Shown piece by piece: positions 54,034-63,639 of a stretch of 64,000 nucleotides of DNA; position 1 is the stretch's first letter; each line of letters opens with the position of its first letter. Origin of the DNA: a bacterium (lineage in GTDB: Bacteria > Patescibacteriota > Microgenomatia > UBA1406 > GWC2-37-13); NCBI GenBank assembly GCA_027624795.1, contig JAQBTX010000001.1:27170-91169 (forward strand), given 5' to 3'. The notes below the pieces were generated by a model. That model saw only the letters and a list, made by a program, of their open reading frames with translations, ran no database searches and was not told the origin of the DNA. A program made the position numbers and the translations under genes.

Positions 54034-55920
54034 TTATTGAACAACCTCACCTTCTTCTACATCTTTTGGCTTTTCCTCTTTAACTTCTTCTTTACCTGCC
54101 TCCTGAGGAGGTTCTTGAGACTGTTGTTTATTCATTGCTTCGCCAATTTTCTGCAAGGTTTCGGTTACTTCTCCAATTTTTGTATCAAGTTCATCTGCAG
54201 TTACATCTTCGTTTTTAAGCATTTCCTTGAGGTTTGAAACGGCTTCTTCAACTTCTTTTTTCACATCTTCTGGTACTTTATCACCGGCATCTTTAAGCGC
54301 CTTTTCAGAAGTGTAAATTAAGTGTTCAGCTTTGTTTTTAGCTTCAATTACTTTCTTGAGCTTTTCATCTTCTTCAGCATGATCTTCTGCTTCAGTCTTC
54401 ATTCGCTCTACTTCAGCGTCACTTAATCCGGTACCACCTTGAATGGTGATACTTTGCGATGTACCCGATGCTTTGTCTTTAGCCGTTACCGTAAGGATCC
54501 CGTTGGCATCGAGGTCAAAGGTAACTTCGATCTGAGGAACACCTCGTGGGGCAGGCGGAATGCCACTAAGGTTAAAGGTTCCGAGTGACTTATTGTCTTT
54601 GGACATAGGTCGTTCTCCTTGAAGAACATGGATTTGGACCTGAGTTTGACTATCTTGTGCAGTGGAGAATGTTTCAGATTTTGAAGCGGGAACGGTAGTA
54701 TTACGCTCAATAAGTGGGGTTGTAACACCGCCGAGAGTTTCTACACCAAGGGTAAGCGGAGTTACATCCAAGAGCACTACATCTTTGGCCTCACCCGATA
54801 GAATTCCTGCTTGAATAGCTGCTCCAATAGCAACTACTTCATCTGGGTTAACAGACTTATTGGGTTCTTTTCCAAAGAATTTCTTAACCTCTTCTACGAT
54901 CTTTGGCATACGGGTCATACCACCAACCAAAATTACTTCATCAATTTCTTTTGGCTCTATCTTTGCGTCTTTTAGAGCTGCACGAACGGGAGCAAATGAT
55001 TTTTGAATAAGCTCGTCCACCAATGCTTCAAGCTTTGCTCGGGTTATTTTGACTACTAAATGGAGTGGTTGATCTTCTCGAACGGTAATGTAGGGAAGAT
55101 TGATCTCTGACTCTTGAGAGGATGACAATTCAATTTTCGCTTTTTCTGCAGCTTCCTTGAGGCGTTGCAGAGCTTTTATATCTTTGCGAAGATCGATGTT
55201 GTTTTCTTTCTTAAATTCATCGGCAAGATGATTTATGAGTATTTGATCAAAATCATCTCCTCCTAGGTGGGTGTCACCATTGGTTGATTTGACTTCAAAT
55301 ACACCCTCACCAAGCTCTAATACAGTTATATCAAACGTACCGCCTCCCATATCGTATATCGCAATAGTATGCGCATGAGATGTGTCGAGTCCATAGGCAA
55401 GTGCTGCAGCAGTTGGTTCGTTTATGATGCGTTCAATTTGCAGCCCTGCGATTTCCCCTGCTTGCTTCGTAGCTTGACGCTGGGCATCATTAAAATACGC
55501 AGGAACGGTAATTACTGCTTTATCTACCTTTTCACCCAAATATGCTTCTGCGTCTTCTTTTAATTTGGTTAAAATCATGGCAGAAATTTCTTCAGGAGTG
55601 TAGGTCTTACCTTCAACTTCAACTACCGCTCGACCTTCTTTCCCAGCTTTAATTTTGTAGGGAAGGTATTTTTCTTCATTTTTAACTTCTGGATCTGAAG
55701 CTCTTCGTCCCATAAGACGTTTTATAGAATATATAGTTCTTTCTGGATTAAGCACCAATTGGCGTTTAGCAACGTCTCCTACTATTCGTTTCGTTGGATC
55801 TACCACGCTAGGAATGACATTGCGCCCTTCTTTGGAATGAATAATTTTTGCCTTACCACCTTCCATAACTGCTATTGCAGAGTTAGTTGTACCAAGATCG
55901 ATACCGATTGTTTTTGACAT
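54034..55920 (-). CDS. dnaK: Chaperone DnaK (Hsp70)
   Basis: [10 protein letters not shown]...DMGGGTFD...[11 protein letters not shown]. Confidence 0.97.
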   Translation of the reverse strand: MSKTIGIDLGTTNSAIAVMEGGKAKIIHSKEGRNVIPSVVDPTKRIVGDVAKRQLVLNPERTIYSIKRLMGRRASDPEVKNEEKYLPYKIKAGKEGRAVVEVEGKTYTPEEISAMILTKLKEDAEAYLGEKVDKAVITVPAYFNDAQRQATKQAGEIAGLQIERIINEPTAAALAYGLDTSHAHTIAIYDMGGGTFDITVLELGEGVFEVKSTNGDTHLGGDDFDQILINHLADEFKKENNIDLRKDIKALQRLKEAAEKAKIELSSSQESEINLPYITVREDQPLHLVVKITRAKLEALVDELIQKSFAPVRAALKDAKIEPKEIDEVILVGGMTRMPKIVEEVKKFFGKEPNKSVNPDEVVAIGAAIQAGILSGEAKDVVLLDVTPLTLGVETLGGVTTPLIERNTTVPASKSETFSTAQDSQTQVQIHVLQGERPMSKDNKSLGTFNLSGIPPAPRGVPQIEVTFDLDANGILTVTAKDKASGTSQSITIQGGTGLSDAEVERMKTEAEDHAEEDEKLKKVIEAKNKAEHLIYTSEKALKDAGDKVPEDVKKEVEEAVSNLKEMLKNEDVTADELDTKIGEVTETLQKIGEAMNKQQSQEPPQEAGKEEVKEEKPKDVEEGEVVQ

Positions 55921-55955
55921 ATTGTTATAAGTTAAAAGGTTAATAATTAATAAAT

Positions 55956-56426
55956 TTACTTTGATTTACTCACCACTACTTTACCGTGTCTTAATAACTG
56001 ACCATTTAGTTGATATGCTTTTTGAACTACTTTAATGATTTTATTGTCCTCTTTTCCAACTACTGCCTCCACCGCTTCAGCGCGTTCTGGATCAAATTCT
56101 TGACCTTCAAGTGATATTTCACTGACTCCAAGATTATTAAGAGCCTGCATAAATGAGGTGCTTACCATAGCTAACCCAGGATCGCTTGTGAAGATAGATG
56201 CTTGATCCATATTGTCTAGTACTGGCAAAAGCTCCATAATAACATTCTTTTTTACGGTATCATGCATACGTTGACGTTCATTATTCATGCGATGCTCTAG
56301 ATTCTTGTAATCTGCCAAAGCGCGCAAATATGCTTGCTTATATTCATCTTCTTTACATTCGTGTTTGATGATTTCTGGCTGCTCAGGCATAATGTCATTT
56401 TCGGTCTTTATTGTTGGTTTTTTCAT
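55956..56426 (-). CDS. grpE: Nucleotide exchange factor GrpE
   Basis: [14 protein letters not shown]...LPVLDN...[11 protein letters not shown]. Confidence 0.9.
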   Translation of the reverse strand: MKKPTIKTENDIMPEQPEIIKHECKEDEYKQAYLRALADYKNLEHRMNNERQRMHDTVKKNVIMELLPVLDNMDQASIFTSDPGLAMVSTSFMQALNNLGVSEISLEGQEFDPERAEAVEAVVGKEDNKIIKVVQKAYQLNGQLLRHGKVVVSKSK

Positions 56427-56427
56427 A

Positions 56428-57174
56428 TTATGGTGATGGTGACTCTTCTTTCATCATATCTTCTAAAAGATGAGAGAAGAATCGTAATTGTGGAACTATA
56501 GTATCATAATGTATATATTTTGGCCCCAAAACCCCTATTATGCCTCGTGATTTTTTACCTTCAAAATCAGCAAAAATACTTGAACAGGTCTCAAATACCG
56601 GATCACGGAAATCTTCTTGACCAAGGATGTAAAAGAGGTCTTCGTCAGCTACATGAGCTAAACGCAATATTTCTTCCCAAAAGTTTGCTTCGTCTAAACG
56701 TTTAAAGAGCATTTGTGAAAGCGATACATTGAGAAAATCTTCAACAGAAAGCAAATTACCGATTCCTGCATAATACAGTTCACCCGCATTGGTAGCAATG
56801 AGCGACATGAGCCCGGTCTTTTGGGCAAGAACTCGTGCAGCTTGAGAAAACATCCGGTTTCGCTTGTCACGGTCATCCCAAATACTATGTTTATATGCAA
56901 CTTCGTCTACCGTAGACAATTCTTTCTCATGCATCACATTCTTTATGTAATACCTATACCCTTTTGGAGACGGCACACGACCAGATGATACATGGGTTTT
57001 TTGTAAAAAACCTTTCTTGGCAAGCTCTACCATCTCGTTGCGAATGGTGGCAGGTGAAACGCCCAGTTTGTATTTTTTTTCAATTATTTCAGACCCAACC
57101 GCCTGACCTGTTTCGGTGTGCTCTTGTATAATTGAGGTTAAAATATCTATTTGTCTTTGAGTTAATTCATCCAT
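56428..57174 (-). CDS. hrcA: Heat-inducible transcription repressor HrcA (short, 248 aa)
   Basis: N-terminal wHTH LTQRQIDILTSIIQEH...GSEIIEKKY.LGVSPATIRNEMVELAKKGFL.KTHVSSGRVPS.KGYRYY. Confidence 0.88.
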   Translation of the reverse strand: MDELTQRQIDILTSIIQEHTETGQAVGSEIIEKKYKLGVSPATIRNEMVELAKKGFLQKTHVSSGRVPSPKGYRYYIKNVMHEKELSTVDEVAYKHSIWDDRDKRNRMFSQAARVLAQKTGLMSLIATNAGELYYAGIGNLLSVEDFLNVSLSQMLFKRLDEANFWEEILRLAHVADEDLFYILGQEDFRDPVFETCSSIFADFEGKKSRGIIGVLGPKYIHYDTIVPQLRFFSHLLEDMMKEESPSP

Positions 57175-57175
57175 A

Positions 57176-57202
57176 TTAGCAATAATATAACAGCTCTGCT
57201 AA
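57176..57202. promoter_or_regulatory. CIRCE-like inverted repeat (HrcA operator)
   Basis: TTAGCAATA-N9-CTCTGCTAA, versus the CIRCE consensus TTAGCACTC-N9-GAGTGCTAA. The outer TTAGCA/TGCTAA arms are perfect. Overlaps the -10 box of the hrcA promoter. Confidence 0.7.
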
Positions 57203-57212
57203 TTCATGTCAA
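57184..57212 (-). promoter_or_regulatory. Sigma70-like promoter of the hrcA-grpE-dnaK-dnaJ operon
   Basis: Minus strand: TTGACA (57212-57207), N17, TATATT (57189-57184). The ATG lies 9 nt downstream. Confidence 0.6.
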
Positions 57213-57237
57213 GAGGGAGATGGTATATAATAAACAC

Positions 57238-58602
57238 ATGATCAAACTCCCCCCATATATCACAAGCTTCATGAAAATCTTTCAAGACGCGGGATTTCGC
57301 ATATATGTGGTTGGTGGAACGGTGCGTGGACTCCTTATGAAGCATGACGTCTCTGATTGGGATTTTACTACTTCAGCAACGCCAGAAGAGATCATAAAGC
57401 TCTTCCCCCATAGTTTTTATAATAACTCCTTTGGAACGGTGGGAATACCTATAAAAGAAGATGGTGCAGAGTTGGTATTGGAGGTTACGACTCATCGAAA
57501 AGAGGGGGATTATTCAAATGCCAGGCATCCAGATAAGGTGGAATGGGCGGAAAAAGTAGAGGATGATTTGGCACGAAGAGATTTCACGATCAATGCTATT
57601 GCCCTTCGACAAGCTCAGGGTAAACTTGATATTACTGACCCTTATGGCGGTCAAGAAGATATTGAAAAGAAAGTAATTCGAGCAGTTGGAGATGCAAATA
57701 TTCGATTTCAAGAAGATGCGTTAAGGTTAATGAGAGCGATTCGGCAAGCTACTCAGTTGGGATTTACTATTGAGAGTGAAACGATGGCTTCACTGCAAAC
57801 TCATGCGAAACTCATAGTGGGGATTTCTGGCGAACGTATTCAAGCTGAGCTCTTTAAGCTTATTACATCAAATAATGCAGCAGATGGAATTTTACTCATG
57901 AAAGAGGCGGGACTATTACAATACGTATTACCAGAAGTTGAACATTGCTTTGGAGTAGAACAAAAAAGCCCGGAGCGACACCATATTTATGATGTGGGAA
58001 CCCACTTGGTGGAATCACTTCGTCATTGCCCTAGTGCTGATGTCATAACCCGATTGGCAACTCTCATTCATGATACGGGGAAAAAGGAAACACAAAAAAT
58101 AGATCCAGAAACAAAAATTATTACCTTTTATAACCATGAAGTGGTTGGTGAACAACAGGCAAAAGAAATTGCCACTCGGCTGCGACTTTCTAAAAAAGAT
58201 ACCCAAAAGCTTGTAATACTAGTGCGACATCATCAATTTACGGTTTCTGAAGAACAAAGTGATAAAGCGTTAAGAAGATTTATTCGGCAGATAGGAGTGG
58301 AAAATATAGATGATATGTTGGCACTTCGCACAGGTGATCGGTTAGGATCTGGTGCCAAGGAAACTTCCTGGAGAACTGAACTTTTCAAAAAGAGACTCAT
58401 TGAAGTTCAGAATGTTCCCTTCTCCGTTCATGATTTGAAAATCACTGGAAATGATGTGATGGAATATTTGAATATAAAACCAGGCCCACAAATAGGAAAA
58501 ATAATGAATGCGCTATTTGAGATGGTAGATGATGGTAAAGTGAAAAACGAGAAAGATGCGCTTCTTGAAAAACTTCGTGAGATTAAGGAATCAATTGAGT
58601 AA
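57238..58602 (+). CDS. cca: CCA-adding enzyme / poly(A) polymerase family with HD domain
   Basis: VVGGTVRGLL...DWDF...RDFTINA. HD domain HDTGK. The start is ambiguous: ATG 57220 or ATG 57238. ATG 57238 lies 6 nt after TATAAT (57226-31). Confidence 0.85.
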   Translation: MIKLPPYITSFMKIFQDAGFRIYVVGGTVRGLLMKHDVSDWDFTTSATPEEIIKLFPHSFYNNSFGTVGIPIKEDGAELVLEVTTHRKEGDYSNARHPDKVEWAEKVEDDLARRDFTINAIALRQAQGKLDITDPYGGQEDIEKKVIRAVGDANIRFQEDALRLMRAIRQATQLGFTIESETMASLQTHAKLIVGISGERIQAELFKLITSNNAADGILLMKEAGLLQYVLPEVEHCFGVEQKSPERHHIYDVGTHLVESLRHCPSADVITRLATLIHDTGKKETQKIDPETKIITFYNHEVVGEQQAKEIATRLRLSKKDTQKLVILVRHHQFTVSEEQSDKALRRFIRQIGVENIDDMLALRTGDRLGSGAKETSWRTELFKKRLIEVQNVPFSVHDLKITGNDVMEYLNIKPGPQIGKIMNALFEMVDDGKVKNEKDALLEKLREIKESIE

Positions 58603-59206
58603 CCTGCTGCTCTGCTTCTATGCTTGTCTCAGGCCCATGACCCGGATATACGATAGTCTGTGGAGGTAATAAGAGGAGAGATGCCAGTGATGTTTTTAAA
58701 TCTTCTTTACTGCTGTATGAAAAATCATATCTTCCGACCCCCGCGTTAAATAAGGTATCTCCTGAGAAAAGGATATTACTGTCTTTCAAATATAATGATA
58801 CTGATCCCGGCGTATGCCCAGGAGTGGACAAAATCTGAAATTTGAACGTCGAAATACTCCATGTGCCGGTGTTCAAGTCTTTGGTCTTTGTAATCGGAAT
58901 GACTACGGGATCAAATCCTAAAAAATGATTGGCAGTTTCTATTACTCGTTTGAGCAGAAATTTATCTTTGGGATAGATATAGAATGGAATGGTGGGATAT
59001 GATAATTGAATCTCCCCCACCGCCATAATATGATCAAAGTGCCCGTGGGTGGCAACGATGCCGATGAGTTTTAAGTGTTGGATGGCAATTTTCTCCAAAA
59101 GAAAATCTGCACTGTCTCCGGGATCGATGAGTAAGGCGTTCCCATCTTGTTCCAGAAGGTAGCAATTTGCCTGCATCTGCCCGAGTGGGTATGTGTGGAT
59201 GTTCAT
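58583..59206 (-). CDS. MBL-fold metallo-hydrolase (glyoxalase II-like)
   Basis: ATHGHFDH motif. TPGHTPGS. GDTLF. Confidence 0.85.
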   Translation of the reverse strand: MNIHTYPLGQMQANCYLLEQDGNALLIDPGDSADFLLEKIAIQHLKLIGIVATHGHFDHIMAVGEIQLSYPTIPFYIYPKDKFLLKRVIETANHFLGFDPVVIPITKTKDLNTGTWSISTFKFQILSTPGHTPGSVSLYLKDSNILFSGDTLFNAGVGRYDFSYSSKEDLKTSLASLLLLPPQTIVYPGHGPETSIEAEQQVTQLIP

Positions 59207-59207
59207 A

Positions 59208-60071
59208 TTACTTCCTCATCTTCTCAAACCAGACTGCCACGGGAGTGGCAATAAACGGAGATGAATAGGTGCCCGTTATGGTACCAACAAGGAGCGTAAG
59301 TGCAAAGAAGCGTATGGTAGTGCCGCCCAAAAGAACGAGCGCGAGGAGCATAAATATGATCGTAACTGAATTATTGAGAGAACGCACCATGGTTTCGGTT
59401 AGAGATCTGTTTGCATATTCTGCTATGTTTCCTTTTCCGTATCGTTTGCGATAATCTCGAATCTGGTCAAAAACTACAATTGTGTCATGTACTGAAAAAG
59501 ACATGGTGGTAAGAAGTGCTGTCACAAATAAGGTATCAAGCTGCGCACCAAGAAAATGTGAAAACAATGCATAGATACCAACCACAACCAATGCATCATG
59601 TACCAAGGCGACAATAGCAGCCATAGCAAAATTCAAGTTTCTAAATGCGTATGTTATATAGAGGAGTATGCCGATAATGGCAATTATTGAAGCAATTCCG
59701 GTTTTGCGTAAGGTTTCTGCACCAATAACAGGACCTACGGTTTCTGATCGTATGATCGTAATTTCAGATGCATATTGATCAGATAATTTCTGACGAAGCG
59801 CTTGCTCTTGTTGTTCATTTATAGCGGCAAGTCGCATAGAAACTTCGTTTTGCTCTACATCAATAGCTACAATTTCATAGTCAAGTTGAGCTACCACCTC
59901 GCGCACACCAGGCTCATCTATAGTGGTACTAAATGAATAGTGCACATTGGTTCCACCCACAAAATCAATTGAGTAGGTAAATCCCCACTTGATCATAGCA
60001 TACAATCCAAATCCGATGACAAGCACTGAAATAGTAGCGTACAGCTTCCAATATTTGAGAAAGTTAATCAT
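59208..60071 (-). CDS. secF: Protein translocase subunit SecF
   Basis: 287 aa, 6 TM. FTYSIDFVGGT. C-terminal RND-like bundle. Follows secD. Confidence 0.9.
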   Translation of the reverse strand: MINFLKYWKLYATISVLVIGFGLYAMIKWGFTYSIDFVGGTNVHYSFSTTIDEPGVREVVAQLDYEIVAIDVEQNEVSMRLAAINEQQEQALRQKLSDQYASEITIIRSETVGPVIGAETLRKTGIASIIAIIGILLYITYAFRNLNFAMAAIVALVHDALVVVGIYALFSHFLGAQLDTLFVTALLTTMSFSVHDTIVVFDQIRDYRKRYGKGNIAEYANRSLTETMVRSLNNSVTIIFMLLALVLLGGTTIRFFALTLLVGTITGTYSSPFIATPVAVWFEKMRK

Positions 60072-60073
60072 AA

Positions 60074-61420
60074 TTATTGTTTATAAAATACCTTAATAAG
60101 CCATTTGGTTATAACCACCCCAGTAAATAAACTGGTTGCCACACCGATCCCCAGGGTTAGAGCAAATCCACGAACTAATCCAAATTGCGGCAGGAATTCC
60201 CAGTTAAGAGGATTAAATAATATAAATGCAACCAGAAGTGTGGTAAGGTTCGCATCTTTTATAGCATCAATTGCACGTCCAAATCCCAAACGGATAGATA
60301 CTTCAAGTGATTTACCTTTGCGTTGCTCTTCTTTGATACGTTCAAAAATAAGTATATTTGAATCTACTGCCATACCAATAGATAAAATAAATCCTGCAAC
60401 CCCAGGAAGCGTGAGGACAATGGGAATAGCTCTAAATATGGCAAAATTGATAAGTCCATATGCAATAAGCGCTCCTGAAGCTATGAGTCCTAATCTTCCG
60501 TAGTATCCTATCATAAAGATTATTACCATACCAAGCCCAATCACCCCACCAACCAAACTTTTTTTCACTTCTTCAGCTCCAAGGGATGGGCCTATGCTTC
60601 GCTGCTCGACCAACTCGATGGGAACCGGAAGTGCTCCAGAATTGATGGCGATTGCAAGTTGTTTAGCACCTTCAGTGGTAAAACTCCCCGATATAACTGC
60701 ATTGCCACCAATAATCTCTTGCTGAACGGTAGGTGCTGATATGAGGAATTCATCCAGAAAAATACCAACCGGTTTACCCACATTGCGCTTAGTAATTTCT
60801 GCAAACATCTTGGCTCCAACCGGAGTAAATTCAAGGGCAACCTGGGGGGTACCGTCATTGGTATTAAAGTCTACCCGTGCCCGTTCAACATCTTTACCGG
60901 TCAGACCTGTTTCTTTGGTGAGCCTGCTAAAAACTGCACTGGGAGATGATTCATTTGGTACCTCGTCAGATTCTTCTTGAAAATGCAGTTGAGCTGTCTG
61001 TCCGATAAGTTGCGATGCTTGTGCTACATCATACACACCAGGAAGATCGACTGATATGCGGTGTACGTTGCCGGATTTAATGGTTCGAACTTCTGGTTCA
61101 GATATGCCAAATAAGTTGACGCGCTGCTCTATGATATCTCGCGTAGATTGCAGGGCGTCTTCTAGATCAGACTCGTCAATTTGCGATGTGTCCGTTTGAA
61201 ACACTAAGTGACTACCACCACTCAGATCCAAACCAAGTCGAGTATTGAAATTTTTTACTACTTGATTGTCACCAATAGTGAAATGTAATTCCAAGACGGG
61301 AATTTCAGTCTTAATGCGCTTACCAAATAACCCCACATTGATGGGAATAGCGCGTGGCAGGTCAATCCACAGTATCGTGAGTGCAATAAAGGTTATAAAG
61401 GCGTAACGAAAGATTTTCAT
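60074..61420 (-). CDS. secD: Protein translocase subunit SecD
   Basis: LGLDLSGGSHLVFQ...INSGALPVPIELVEQRSIGPSLG...AVDSNILIFERIKEE. Confidence 0.92.
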   Translation of the reverse strand: MKIFRYAFITFIALTILWIDLPRAIPINVGLFGKRIKTEIPVLELHFTIGDNQVVKNFNTRLGLDLSGGSHLVFQTDTSQIDESDLEDALQSTRDIIEQRVNLFGISEPEVRTIKSGNVHRISVDLPGVYDVAQASQLIGQTAQLHFQEESDEVPNESSPSAVFSRLTKETGLTGKDVERARVDFNTNDGTPQVALEFTPVGAKMFAEITKRNVGKPVGIFLDEFLISAPTVQQEIIGGNAVISGSFTTEGAKQLAIAINSGALPVPIELVEQRSIGPSLGAEEVKKSLVGGVIGLGMVIIFMIGYYGRLGLIASGALIAYGLINFAIFRAIPIVLTLPGVAGFILSIGMAVDSNILIFERIKEEQRKGKSLEVSIRLGFGRAIDAIKDANLTTLLVAFILFNPLNWEFLPQFGLVRGFALTLGIGVATSLFTGVVITKWLIKVFYKQ

Positions 61421-61992
61421 TTGATAAGTTCTGCTTCCTGACCAACTAACATGACTTTAGGATATTTTAAAAACTTCCAAATAAAGGGGTCATTATTTTT
61501 TTTGCGAAATGAAAGTTCGTCTTCAGTCATGACGGTGAAATTTATATCCCATCCAAATTCTCGACGAGCTGCAGTCATGATGGCTTCAACTTCTGGGATA
61601 ACTATGACACCTACAAACAGGATGTAGATTTCATCTTCTTTAATAGAAATCTTTTTTGAAAACTTCATAGATATTGCCACAAATTTTACCTTTCCAAGCC
61701 TGCTTTGATTATCTATAATAAGCTGTCCAAGCTTTGTGTCTTTAGTGTGAATACGGAGCAACTCATCAAAGAGTGCATAGTTTTTATTGAGTGAATAGAA
61801 TACTTTATTGGTTCGGCGCTCGCGGAGGAGAATTTTTGCATTAAACAATATATCGAGTTCGCGCTTTACTGCATTTACTTCTTCATCGGTTTTTCGTACA
61901 ATTTCACGGAGATAATACACACCATCGATTTGATGATAAAAAAGGGAGAGAATTTTGCGGCGAACTTTGGATGGAATAAGTTTGTCAAGCAT
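61417..61992 (-). CDS. Winged-helix (ArsR-like) domain protein with uncharacterised C-terminal domain
   Basis: SKVRRKILSLFYHQIDGVYYLREIVRKTDEEVNAVKRELDIL.NAKILLRERRTNKVFYSLN. ATGA overlap with secD. Confidence 0.55.
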   Translation of the reverse strand: MLDKLIPSKVRRKILSLFYHQIDGVYYLREIVRKTDEEVNAVKRELDILFNAKILLRERRTNKVFYSLNKNYALFDELLRIHTKDTKLGQLIIDNQSRLGKVKFVAISMKFSKKISIKEDEIYILFVGVIVIPEVEAIMTAARREFGWDINFTVMTEDELSFRKKNNDPFIWKFLKYPKVMLVGQEAELIK

Positions 61993-61994
61993 GG

Positions 61995-63143
61995 TTAATA
62001 GGTTACTTCATTGCCCGTAGGCAAGACAGATATCCATATCTTACCACCGACAAGCGATATTTCTTCATCGTCTTCATCGTAGAAGCGCATCATTGATTCT
62101 TCATCTTCCTTTTCATACGATCCTTTTATTGCTTTTCCATTAAAAAAGATCAATGCGTCGTCTGAGCCAATAACATCATAGAGAAGATGTTGACCACCTT
62201 CATATCCATCATCTGCAACACTTTCATCTGCGAATACCACAATCACATTTTTGATACGAAGTTGCTTTTCGGTATTCTTATCTATATGTGGTTCTCCTCC
62301 ATTTATACGAACATAAGTATTAGTAAGAGGATCGTAGGTCCATTCTACGGTGTAATCTGATCCTAATGCATCATCCCAGAATCCATATGAAATCGATTTT
62401 GTATTGCCACGATCTTCTTCTTTAGCGTCTTTTTGGAATTCCCATCCTTTCCAATCTTCATCCCAAGAAACATCATCTTCGTCTACATGAGTAAGATCAC
62501 GTTTTTTGCCTGCGAAATCCCAGAGTTTTTGAGTGTTAGTATAAACAGTATGTTCAGTGTCGCGCCCAGGAAGTCGGTCATAATCGCGCCAATAATTGGG
62601 AAATGGTACGGCAAATTGGTCTAAATCATTATAACCATACCAGTCGATATCTTTGATTTCTCCCAGGGCATCGGCTGGTCCTGGGGTGTTTGCTCCTCCA
62701 ACATGACCATAGAGTGGATTATTTCCAAATCCTTGCAAAAGTTCAACAAAATAGATGCGAGCTGAACGAACTGATCCTACAATCTTTGGCTCTTCACAGT
62801 AATACATGGCAAGAAAGCGGGTAATACCACCTTCTGCTACAATTTCATGGATTATGTCAGCACTCGATACCCCAGATTGTGGTCGGGCTTCAATATTATT
62901 TTGTACCATAATGCCCAGTGGTCTTCGTGTTTCCCATTTGGCTTTTGCCTCTTTAGAATATAACTCACCGTTTAAAGGACACGCTTCTGTTTTGGGAGCA
63001 GCATTTTCTACTTCCTCTTCGCCTTCATAGGTGGGTTTTTGGGTGCCTGCACGGGTTGACTGAGCGCTAAAAAAAGCGTAAGATCCGAGAGCAGAGAGAA
63101 GATATACGACCACTCCAACAATAATGATTATGTTTTTATTCAT
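61995..63143 (-). CDS. DUF3048 (YerB-like) secreted/anchored protein
   Basis: N-terminal TM. RPLGIMVQNNIEARPQSGVSSADIIHEIVAEGGITRFLAMYY is typical of DUF3048. Confidence 0.7.
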   Translation of the reverse strand: MNKNIIIIVGVVVYLLSALGSYAFFSAQSTRAGTQKPTYEGEEEVENAAPKTEACPLNGELYSKEAKAKWETRRPLGIMVQNNIEARPQSGVSSADIIHEIVAEGGITRFLAMYYCEEPKIVGSVRSARIYFVELLQGFGNNPLYGHVGGANTPGPADALGEIKDIDWYGYNDLDQFAVPFPNYWRDYDRLPGRDTEHTVYTNTQKLWDFAGKKRDLTHVDEDDVSWDEDWKGWEFQKDAKEEDRGNTKSISYGFWDDALGSDYTVEWTYDPLTNTYVRINGGEPHIDKNTEKQLRIKNVIVVFADESVADDGYEGGQHLLYDVIGSDDALIFFNGKAIKGSYEKEDEESMMRFYDEDDEEISLVGGKIWISVLPTGNEVTY

Positions 63144-63200
63144 GTATGCTGATCATTGTAACCTCTTGCATATACCGTGTCAATATGATTAAATGTCTGC

Positions 63201-63383
63201 ATGCCCGCAAAAACTACCAATTCCTTACCTCAATCTGAATCTGACAGAATGTTCTTTAAAAAAGATTTTAATCGGAGCATAATTCTAACTGTCATTATTC
63301 TCGTAAGTATAGTAAGCTTATATGAATTGCAGTCACAGGGGTTCATAACCATTGCAGATCTTATTACCATTTCAACACAATAA
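63201..63383 (+). CDS. Small single-TM protein, unknown function
   Basis: 60-aa ORF with one hydrophobic helix (SIILTVIILVSIVSLY). It ends 18 nt before the next gene. Weak support. Confidence 0.35.
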   Translation: MPAKTTNSLPQSESDRMFFKKDFNRSIILTVIILVSIVSLYELQSQGFITIADLITISTQ

Positions 63384-63401
63384 CTAGGAGGTGAATACAA
63401 C

Positions 63402-63596
63402 GTGGAAGATATACAATTTTATGATGTAAAGAATCGAAAAAAGGTTTCGGTCCCAGCATCACAAGTAGAAAAAGTAACATTTGAACGAACTACCAAAAAT
63501 GGTTCTGCCCAAATACGTTACGCAGTAAAAGCAGTAAAAGATGGTGTTAAGCTGATGAAATTCGTCAGTAAAGACATGTACCAAAGCTTGAGCTAA
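63402..63596 (+). CDS. Small basic protein (64 aa), possible nucleic-acid-binding protein
   Basis: GTG start preceded by AGGAGGTGA (63386-94), a full SD, at 7-nt spacing. Lys-rich beta-type sequence FYDVKNRKKVSVPASQVEKVTFERTTKNGSAQIRYAVKAVKDGVKLMKFV. Confidence 0.6.
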   Translation: MEDIQFYDVKNRKKVSVPASQVEKVTFERTTKNGSAQIRYAVKAVKDGVKLMKFVSKDMYQSLS

Positions 63597-63639
63597 AAAA
63601 ATGAATAGTATTCATACAAATATGAGTCAGTTATCTGGC

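Noticed and set aside
57596-57625. The cca segment CTTCGACAAGCTCAGGGTAAACTTG (peptide LRQAQGKL), as another hairpin-element copy.
   Set aside because: It resembles the right half of copy G (CTCAGGGTAAAC versus GTCAGGGAAAAC), but it lacks the GTCAT prefix and forms at best a 4-bp stem. Too weak to call without a genome-wide model.
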